From contig OZ024740.1 in assembly GCA_964016885.1 (NCBI GenBank), positions 46,376,001 to 46,440,000 of the forward strand: a DNA stretch of 64,000 bases, given 5' to 3'. A program made the translations under genes and the position numbers. Origin of the DNA: Eledone cirrhosa. Lineage: Eukaryota. Numbering within the stretch: position 1 is the stretch's first letter; every line of letters begins with the position of its first letter. Below are positions 1 through 8,165 of the stretch, piece by piece. The notes beneath the pieces were generated by a model that saw only the letters and a list, made by a program, of their open reading frames with translations, did no database searches and had not been told where the DNA came from.

Positions 1-589
1 TCACACTCTCCTACACCAACACACAGGCTTCTCACACTCCCTACACCAACCACACAGGCTTCTCACACTCTCCTACACCAACACACAGGCTTCTCACACT
101 CCCTACACCAACACACAGGCTTCTCACACTCTCCTACACCAACACACAGGCTTCTCACACTCTCCTACACCAACACACAGGCTTCTCACACTCTCCTACA
201 CCAACACACAGGCTTCTCACACTCTCCCTACACCAACACACAGGCTTCTCACACTCCCCTACACCAACACACAGGCTTCTCACACTCCCCTACACCAACA
301 CACAGGCTTCTCACACTCTCCTACACCAACACACAGGCTTCTCACACTCCCCTTACACCAACACACCGGCTTCTCACACTCCCTACTCCAACACACAGGC
401 TTTCTCACACTCTCCTACACCAACACACAGGTTCTCACACTCCCCTACACCAAACACACGGCTTCTCAACACTCTCCTACACCAACAAACAGGCTTCTCA
501 CACTCTCCTACACCAACACACAGGCTTCTCACACTCTCCTACACCAACACACAGGCTTCTCCACACTCTCCCTACACCAAACACACCGG
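1..589. repeat. 31-bp minisatellite (TCTCACACTCTCCTACACCAACACACAGGCT)n, ~19 copies, truncated by window start and gap
   Basis: Unit read directly from the sequence. Frequent 1-bp indels, consistent with a low-quality contig end. Confidence 0.95.
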
Positions 590-789
590 NNNNNNNNNNN
601 NNNNNNNNNNNNNNNNNNNNNNNNNNNNNNNNNNNNNNNNNNNNNNNNNNNNNNNNNNNNNNNNNNNNNNNNNNNNNNNNNNNNNNNNNNNNNNNNNNNN
701 NNNNNNNNNNNNNNNNNNNNNNNNNNNNNNNNNNNNNNNNNNNNNNNNNNNNNNNNNNNNNNNNNNNNNNNNNNNNNNNNNNNNNNNNN
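590..789. other. Assembly gap (200 N)
   Basis: Exactly 200 N. The round number suggests a placeholder scaffold join of unknown true size. Confidence 0.98.
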
Positions 790-1119
790 TATAATATATA
801 TATATATATAATATATATAATATATATATATAATATATATATAATATATAATATATATACTTTATATATATAATATATAATATATATACTATATATATAT
901 ATTAATATTATAATTATATATACTATATATATATAATATATATATAAATATATACTATATATATATAATATATATATAATATATAATATATATACTATAT
1001 ATATATAATATATATATATATAATATATATAATATATATATATAATATATATATATATAATATATATATATATAATATATATATATATATATAGTATATA
1101 TATATATATATAGTTATAT

Positions 1120-1182
<63 letters not shown>

Positions 1183-1467
1183 TATATATATATATAATAA
1201 TATATATATAATATATATATATATATAATATATATATATATATATAATATATATATATATAATATATATAATAATATATAATATATATATATATAATATA
1301 TATAATAATATATATATAAATATATATTATATATATTATATATATATATATTAATATATTATTATATATATTATATATATATATATTATATATATATATA
1401 TATATTATATATATATATATATTATATATATATTATTATATATATATATATTATATGTATATATATA

Positions 1468-1521
<54 letters not shown>

Positions 1522-1589
1522 TATATATATATATATATACTATATATATATATATATATTATATATATATATATTATATATATATATAT

Positions 1590-1623
<34 letters not shown>

Positions 1624-2222
1624 ATATTATATATATATAGTATATATATTATATATTATATATATATTATATATATATAGTATATATTATATATTATATA
1701 TATATTATTATATATAAATAGGTATATATATTATATATTATATATATATAGTATATAATATTATATATTATATATATATAGTAATATATATTATATATTA
1801 TATATATATAGTATATAATATTATATATATATATATTATATATATATATTATATATATTATATATATATATATATTATATATAAATATATTATATATAAA
1901 TATATATTATATATAAATATATATATTATATATATATAATATATATATATATATATTATATATATATATATATTTATATATATATTATATATATATATTA
2001 TATATATAATATATATATTATATATAATATATATAATATATATAATATATATATTATATATAATATATATAATATATATTATATATATAATATATATATT
2101 ATATATAATATATATATTATATATAATATATATAATATATATTATATATATAATATATATAATATATATAATATATATATTATATATATATATATATAAT
2201 ATATATATTATATATATATATA
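790..2222. repeat. Imperfect (TA)n microsatellite / AT low-complexity tract, ~1.4 kb
   Basis: Almost pure alternating TA, with AA/TT interruptions and rare C/G. Confidence 0.97.
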
Positions 2223-3583
2223 CAAGCCATGTATAGGGGAGCAGTGAGCAAAGTTAGGACTAGCAATGAGTATAGCGAGGAATTTAGTGTACAGGTTGGT
2301 GTCCACCAGGCTCTGTTCTTAGCCCTCTCCTATTCATCATAGTTTTGCAGACAATAACAGAGGAGTTTAAGACCGGATGCCCATGGGAACTCCTGTATTC
2401 TGATGACCTCACACTCATAGCTGAATCTATGGTAGAACTAGAGAATAAATTCCAAACTTGGAAGCAGGGACTAGAAAGAAAGGGTCTCAAAGTCAACATG
2501 ACAAAGACTAACGTCCTTGTAAGTAGACGAGAAAACAGAACCCAGATCCCCTCAGGGAAATGGCCTTGCTCAGTATGTAGGAACTCCATTCCTCTGCCCC
2601 AAATGCAAACAATGGGTACACAAGAGATGTAGCGGGATCTCAGGAAGCTTAGTTAAGAATGTAGGCTTCACATGCAGCAGCTGTGCTGGTACAGCAAGCA
2701 GCAAACAGCCATAGGAAATAAGTACCACCAATCTCTGGAGGGGCTCTGTAGAAACAGTAGACAGCTTCTGCTACCTAGGTGACCGAATTAGCAGCGGAGG
2801 TGGGTGTTCAGAAAGTACAATAACTAGGGTAAGAACGGGATGGGAGAAGTTCAGGGAACTACTGCCACTACTAGCTGCAAAAGGCTTCTCCCTCAAAATG
2901 AAAGGCAGACTGTATGATGCATGTATCCGAACAGCAATGTTACATGATAGTGAGACCTGGGCGCTGAAGGTGGAAGACTTACGTAGATTAGAAAAAAACG
3001 AAGCCTGCATACTCCGATGGATGTGTAATAGTAATATATGCGAACAACAAAGCATAAATGAATTGAGAGAGAGACTGAGCATAAGAGGAATCAAATGCTG
3101 TGTGCAGGAGAGGCGGTTGTGATGCGTATGAAGGATGACAGCTGCATAAAAAGTGCAGAGCACTAGAAGTCAATGGAAACCGCGAAGTGGGGAGACCCAA
3201 GAAGACATGGGATGAGGTGATAAAAGCCGACCTTAACCAATTACACCGCTCAAAGGCGATGACACACGACCGTGACCTCTGGCGTCACGCAGTAATACAG
3301 AGTACCCGACCTCCCATGGGTACAAGCTGAAGCATATAGACAATATGCCCTCACACCCTCCCACTGCAAGGTGGTCGTGGAGGTGCCACTGCAAAAAAGC
3401 ACCCAGCCCACACTGTAAATGAGGTTGGTGTTAGGAAGGGCATCCAGCTGTAAAAATCAGTTCCTGTATGAGTAAGGCATGGTCAGCCAACCAGACACTG
3501 CCCACAACAGGACAACCCGTCTAACCCATGCTAGCGTGGAAGAACGGACGTAAAACGGTGATGATGATGATGATGATGATGAT
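2221..3583 (+). mobile_element. 5'-truncated, frameshifted RTE-clade LINE (RT C-terminal half, 3' UTR, (GAT)n tail)
   Basis: Hand translation across frameshifts gives QAMYRGAVSKVR...FSVQVGVHQ/SVLSPLLFIIV...ELLYSDDL (YxDD motif)...GLKVNMTKT...FCYLGD...KGRLYDACIRTAMLHDSETW...LRWMC...GRPKKTWDEVIKADL...DRDLWR. Stop at 3328-3330, then UTR and (GAT)8 at 3560-3583. Confidence 0.92.
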
Positions 3584-3589
3584 AACAGC

Positions 3590-4150
3590 AAACGTTTTAA
3601 AGCCAATTTCCTTGTAAATCATGCAGGCCCCATGATACACTTTTCTATTTTCCACTATCGTCGGCAACCTCCTCAAACCAACCCCTTAGTTTTCATTTAA
3701 TCCTCCGACATCCTTAGCCATGTTTTTCTTGGTCTTCCCTTTCCTCTACTTCCTTCCATGTTCATTTCTATCACTCCTCTCACCCAGCCACTTTCATCCT
3801 TCCTCAAGACATGACCCAGCCATCTCACTTCATTTCTCTTCACAACATTCATTACTGGCTCTATTCCTCGCACCCAGTCTCATTTATCCTTCTACAAGAC
3901 ATGACCCAACTATTCCACTCTATTTCTCTTCACAACATTCATCATTGGTTCTATTCCTCTCATCCAGTCATTTTCATCTTTCTTCAACACATGTCCCAAT
4001 AATTTCATTCCATTTTGCTTATCAACACTCACCACTGGTTCTATTCCCACCACCCTCTGCAATTCAATGGTTGTTTCCCTCTCTCTCAGCCATACTCCAC
4101 TCATTCATTAGACCGGTCTTGTTCCTGTTCTTTCCAGCATTCTATGCTGT
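3590..4150 (-). mobile_element. Decayed RTE-clade LINE 3' fragment with an internal 90-bp triplication, tail-to-tail with the + strand RTE
   Basis: Minus-strand translation ...MSGVWLRER...RWLGHVLRKDESGWVRGVIEMNMEGSRGKGRPRKTW is typical of an RTE ORF C-terminus and carries in-frame stops. Confidence 0.8.
3775..4055. repeat. 90-bp tandem repeat, ~3 diverged copies
   Basis: CATGACCC/CATGACCC/CATGTCCC at 3810, 3900 and 3990. TGG(C/T)TCTATTCC also recurs every 90 bp. Confidence 0.9.
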
Positions 4151-4167
4151 TCCATGTATAAATTTTG

Positions 4168-4540
4168 TGCTACAATAAAGTGCACTCAGCCCACTCTGTA
4201 AAGTGATAATACTGGTGCCACAATAAAAAGCACCCAGTCAGTACTGTAAGGTGGTAATGTTTGTGCTATGACAAAAAGTGCCAAATCTGCTCTGTAAGGC
4301 AGTAGTGCTGGTACTAGGATAAAAAAACACCCAATCCTTCCTGTTAGGTGGTAGTGCTGGAGTTACAATAAAATGCTTCCAGTACATGCTGTAAAGTAGT
4401 TGGCATTAGGAAGGATATCCACTCATAGAAACCAAAGCAAAAACCGAGTATACAAGCAAGACAATCAAACCCCAGAGAGTGATAACCTGTATAACCTATG
4501 CAAGCATGGAAAATAGATGTTTAATGGTGGTGGTGGTGAT
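4168..4540 (+). mobile_element. Degenerate RTE 3'-UTR/SINE-tail copy preceded by ~5 tandem ~48-bp units
   Basis: Units resemble GTGCCACAATAAAAAGCACCCAGTCAGTACTGTAAGGTGGTA, homologous to 3362-3420. They are followed by GTTGGCATTAGGAAGGATATCCA...CCTATGCAAGCATGGAAAATAGATGTTTAATGGTGGTGGTGGTGAT, homologous to 3424-3583. Confidence 0.75.
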
Positions 4541-4604
4541 ATGAAACTATTTTCTTCTTTGACCTAACAATTGAAATAATAAAAGTTTTATTTACAAAAG
4601 GTAA

Positions 4605-4657
4605 CATTTATCATTTATCATTTTTCATCCGCTTTTCCCTGCTTGCAAGGGTGGGAC
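4605..4657 (-). mobile_element. Short RTE/SINE 3'-tail remnant
   Basis: Reverse complement CCCTTGCAAGCAGGGAAAAGCGGATGAAAAATGATAAATGAT resembles the CCCATGCTAGCATGGAAGA...CGTTAAACGATGAT tails near 3525 and 6527. Confidence 0.55.
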
Positions 4658-4673
4658 ATATCCATTAACTTAC

Positions 4674-4773
4674 CTCTCCTCTGATTGGATCTATACACCT
4701 GACTGCTGCTGATTCCAAAACTGCTGAGTGTTCTATAAGGGCACTTTCAACTTCAAATGGACCGATGCGATAG
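4674..4773 (-). CDS. ACSM: Internal exon (100 bp) of ACSM-like acyl-CoA synthetase: (G)[33 protein letters not shown]
   Basis: Acceptor tctttcAG (4775-4774) and donor GTaagt (4673). The phase-2 start completes the GG/C codon from the previous exon. It carries the ANL-superfamily GYRIGPxEVE motif. Not in the ORF track. Confidence 0.93.
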
Positions 4774-4840
4774 CTGAAAGACATAAGGGGTGGAATAAGG
4801 TTTTGAAATAAATAATTTCAAACTTCCATATATTACATTG

Positions 4841-5020
4841 TGCACAGTCATGGCTGTATGGTTAAGAAGTTTGCTTCAGAACCATGTGGTTTCAGATTCC
4901 ATCCCACTACATGGTACTATAGGTACATTTTTTTTCTAGGTCTGAAAATTGCGTTGTGAGTAAATTTGGTAGGCGGAAATTGTAAAAGAAGCCTGTTATA
5001 TATATATATATACATATATG
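4841..5020 (+). mobile_element. tRNA-derived SINE, degenerate, ending in a (TA)n tail
   Basis: A-box-like TGGCTGTATGG (~4851) and degenerate B-box AGATTCCATCCC (~4893). Body GTGAGTAAATTTGGTAGGCGGAAATTGTAAAAGAAGCCTG, then TA repeats. Resembles an abundant octopus SINE as I recall it. Confidence 0.7.
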
Positions 5021-5715
5021 ATGATGGCTGCAACTCAATTTTGAGTAATGCCATCACTTGATACTTAAGCATGAATGTCACAGACATGGCTTTTTAGTTA
5101 TGCTAGGCCACAATGCCATGCATCGCAAACAAATGTCACATATCAAGTAATGCCTGTGCTTGAAGCTTTTTGAAGTGAAGAAAGGCTTTGCATGGAGCCA
5201 ATCCCACTCTCTGAACATCAAATGTATTTGCCCCAAAAGAACAACTGGTCTACATCATTGGATGCAAATGAAGTCGCAGGTTTTATATCAGAGTGACCTC
5301 CTAGATGTCATAATGAAGACTAGAGTCTCTCGCTCCATAAAAAAAAAAAATGTTATTGGATGGCTGTTGACTCTCCTGCGTTCCTCTGTTCTTTGACAGG
5401 TCGCTCTTCAGCATTACTGGTTACATATAACCCAGTACAACCTGTGCATGGTTAGGTCGTCAGCAACTAAATTGGCAACTTCAATTAAAACATTGCATCA
5501 TAATTTTACTCATGAAAAAGTTATTTAAATTAAATTCCTCTAATTTGTTTTTATTTTAAATATTCTTTGAAACATAGACAATGTATTCGGAAATAACAAA
5601 AGGTTTTAAATGTTTAGTCATAGTTCATATAATTTGTTACTATTACAATTTTTTTATTTTGTGCTGTATAAAAAAAATGCAATATACTATTATATTTATA
5701 TAATACATTACTAAC

Positions 5716-5843
5716 CCAGATGAAATGATTATATCATCATTTCGGCCTATGAACCATAAATAGCCGTCTTCATCTATTTGGGATTTATCACCTGTCAGAT
5801 AATAATCACCCTTAAAAACAGAGTTTGTTAATTCTGGATGCCC
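5716..5843 (-). CDS. ACSM: Internal exon (128 bp) of ACSM-like acyl-CoA synthetase: [43 protein letters not shown]
   Basis: Acceptor tgttttcAG (5845-5844) and donor GTtagt (5715). Contains the adenylation motifs TGD (A7) and GRxDDxI (A8). It is the core of track ORF 5643..5909. Confidence 0.95.
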
Positions 5844-5893
5844 CTGAAAACAAAAAATAGTAGCAATTGAAGAGGAAACAAACGTGTATATTA

Positions 5894-5971
5894 GTTTCAA
5901 ATTAAACACAAGGCCAGCAATTTTGGAAAATGAACAAGTTGATTAAACTGATTCCAATACTTGATTGGTAC
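5894..5971 (-). mobile_element. 3' fragment of the same SINE family as 6082-6280
   Basis: Shares ACAAGGCCAGCAATTTT and downstream similarity with 6097-6160. Confidence 0.6.
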
Positions 5972-6081
5972 AACTAAAATCATTCAAAAATATCAAATTT
6001 ATGCCAAACATCTGTCTGTTATTTGTTTGTTATAGCTATTACATATTGGTTTCAATAGAGTATTTACAAGTATGATATAAT

Positions 6082-6280
6082 GATTTCTGATTAGGTACAA
6101 GGCCAGCAATTTTTGGGGAAGGGAAATTCAATTAAATCAACCCTAGTGTGTTACAGGTGCTTTATTTTATTGATTCTGTAAAGATGAAAGGCAAAGCTAA
6201 CCTCGGTAGGATGTGAACTTAGAATGTAAAGAGTCTTAATAAATGCCAATGTTCTAACGATTCTGCCAATGCACCACCCT
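6082..6280 (-). mobile_element. tRNA-derived SINE, degenerate, near full length
   Basis: Minus strand has A-box-like TGGCAGAATCG and B-box-like AGTTCACATCC, a central GCCTTTCATCTTT...AATAAAATAAAGCACC domain, and a 3' end AAATTGCTGGCCTTGTACC. Confidence 0.72.
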
Positions 6281-6420
6281 TATGTAAAATTATGGAAAGA
6301 TTTTAGATAAATATAAATGCTTTCAAACAAATAGTATTATATCATTGAACCAGAGGTGGTTTGGTATTTGTTACTATCTAAACATTTTCATGTTTTAAAA
6401 CTTTAATTATCATTTCATAA

Positions 6421-6578
6421 ACGTGGTTGGTGTTAGGAAGGGCATCCAGCCATAGAAAACCTGCCAGACAGTCCCATACAAGCGACACGACCAATCTTGC
6501 CTCAAGTGGGACAATTCCCGTCTAGACCCATGCTAGCATGGAAGATAAACGTTAAACGATGATGATGATAATGATGAA
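6421..6578 (+). mobile_element. RTE 3'-end/SINE tail copy with (GAT)n tail
   Basis: GGTTGGTGTTAGGAAGGGCATCCAGC is identical to 3423-3448. CCCGTCTA(G)ACCCATGCTAGC and the GAT tail also match the + strand RTE. Confidence 0.85.
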
Positions 6579-6587
6579 TAATTAGTT

Positions 6588-6741
6588 CAGTCATGGGCAA
6601 ACTACAGCCTGGAAGCTACATGCAGCCTGTTTGGCTTTCTCAATGTCACCCCTAATTTCCAAATTGCCTTGAATTTTTTAGTAAAGCGGCCCATCTTATG
6701 ATGAGCGACATCCACTGCTTCAAAAAGGTTGCCCATGGCTG
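6588..6741. mobile_element. hAT (Charlie-like) MITE, 154 bp
   Basis: TIRs CAGTCATGGGCAAACT / AGGTTGCCCATGGCTG are complementary at 14 of 16 positions. The flanks AATTAGTT / GGTTAGAT are a possible decayed 8-bp TSD. Confidence 0.7.
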
Positions 6742-6904
6742 GGTTAGATGAAATTTCTCACTTTGCAATGTTTCTTTCATATTCTGGCAACTCCCTACCG
6801 CACACCTCTCTTAAATTCTTTTATTCAGTGAAGCAATAATAGACCCAAGCATACCAAAAATCCAGTTTTCATTGTTTTTTAAGTACTTTTTTTTAGCTGG
6901 AATA

Positions 6905-7158
6905 TTAACCTTTTTGATACAAAACCACATGAAGCTACCCTTAGTTCTATCATATTAAGCTGTTTGTTTTAAAGTGTTTATATTTAGCTAAAACCTTCCT
7001 TTATAATTATATGCAAGAACCTTTTTTTAAGTGATGTTTCAAATACCAGCTTTATAATAAGAAAATAAGATTTATTTCCAGATCCTTGCAAATTCTTGAT
7101 TATTTTCCCAAAACCATATTCAGTGTCTTAATTAGAAATGTAATAATGAAAGGGTTAA
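6905..7158. mobile_element. Possible piggyBac-like MITE (TTAA-flanked)
   Basis: Ends are TTAA-CCTTTTTGATAC and ATAATGAAAGGG-TTAA, i.e. a TTAA TSD with degenerate CCYTTT/AAAGGG termini. Interior is AT-rich and non-coding. Confidence 0.45.
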
Positions 7159-7322
7159 AACATTGCATATGAGATAGGAAATACTGTAAGCTTAGAGCAA
7201 TTTAAAATGGTTTTTTAGACCTGTGGACTTATACAAGAGTAGAAAATGAAAAGCAGTATTTGGTGAGAGGAAGTGCAGAAATTGAATAGTTACAAATACT
7301 TGTGTAACCTTAGCATACTTAC

Positions 7323-7424
7323 AACATATCTACTGAACAGTCCAACTGGTTTATGTGGTTTGCAACAAACAGCTAAATTACCAATTGTTCCTGGAGGCTG
7401 AACAACTCCCTCGTCATCTACAAT
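7323..7424 (-). CDS. ACSM: Internal exon (102 bp) of ACSM-like acyl-CoA synthetase: IVDDEGVVQPPGTIGNLAVCCKPHKPVGLFSRYV
   Basis: Acceptor tttaatataatAG (7426-7425) and donor GTaagt (7322), phase 0/0, splicing in frame to the 5843 exon. The peptide matches the ACSM IxDDxGxxxPPGxxGxIxxxxKPxxPxGxFxxYV region. Not in the ORF track. Confidence 0.92.
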
Positions 7425-7526
7425 CTATTATATTAAAGATACAATAAAAATTGTCATATCATTCATTAAAAAACTGATATAAACTGAAGCTTGTTTAATA
7501 TATTTGAAAATGAAAATTTTATTTTT

Positions 7527-7712
7527 CCCTCTTCTCTTCTTCATCCACTTATTTCTGAGAGGATTGTGGGGACAGAGTCTTCAAACACTCCTTCCAACAT
7601 GTCCTGCAAAAGCAATTGTCTTCAGCTGATCCAGCTGAATTCCCAAAGCGAGATCATCCAAGCTCATCGATGTTATCCAACCATCTTGCTCAGGGTCTAT
7701 CCCTGGATCTCC
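7527..7712 (-). mobile_element. Decayed 3' end of another RTE-clade LINE
   Basis: Minus-strand translation across disruptions gives RRSRDRP*ARWLDNI.../LGIQLDQLKTIA/...WKECLKTLSPQSSQK, followed by a GAAGAAGAGAAGAG tail. This resembles RTE GRPxxRWxDxI...LGI C-termini. Confidence 0.55.
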
Positions 7713-8165
7713 TGCTGATTCGTTTTGTAAATAAAATCTATCCAGCAAAAATGTTATTTAAATTATAAAATGAAATGCAATATATACTGTATTTATTTGT
7801 ATATAATTTACATCCTACATTTTGCATAGAGAAGTTGACACAAAACACAAATATGACGTTAAAACATGTTCTTTCATGAAATGATCTTCCTATGATAAGT
7901 TTTTCTTCGATGTTCATTGTATGATTTCAATCAGAGATTTTGTCAATATTTCCAGTCTGTCCAAGTCAAATATCATGTTGCCTTTTGACTTCAAAGTGAA
8001 GATGTAAAACAAATTTATGTTACCTTCTAAGTCATGTGATAGTTTCTGGGATATCTCAGTTTACGGTTGTAGATATAAAATGTTGGGTCCATCCATGAGA
8101 AATTTTAAACGATGGATTAAGAGATATCTCAGTAACTTTCAATCTTATTTGAAGCTTAATTACAT

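Noticed and set aside
498-1640. ORFs 498..1178 (-) and 1455..1640 (+)
   Set aside because: Ile/Tyr translations of (TA)n, one of them running through the N gap.
2284-4178. ORFs 2284..2589, 2771..3163, 2988..3200 (-) and 3720..4178, 3811..4002 (+) as genes
   Set aside because: Antisense shadow frames of the RTE fragments. ORFs 2345..2632, 2898..3122 and 3910..4104 are pieces of the broken RTE ORFs themselves.
5160-5396. 78-aa + strand ORF
   Set aside because: Non-ATG start, crosses a poly-A run, has no recognisable motif, and is antisense within an intron.
4841-6280. tRNA genes at the A/B-box-like motifs
   Set aside because: The boxes are degenerate, no cloverleaf is evident, and they continue into SINE bodies.
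7491-7718. 75-aa + strand ORF
   Set aside because: Non-ATG start and antisense to a decayed LINE 3' end.
8020-8105. Candidate further ACSM exon ending at a minus-strand AAG|GTAACA donor (~8023)
   Set aside because: The required phase-0 frame has TAG immediately before the last codon, and the peptide shows no ACSM similarity.
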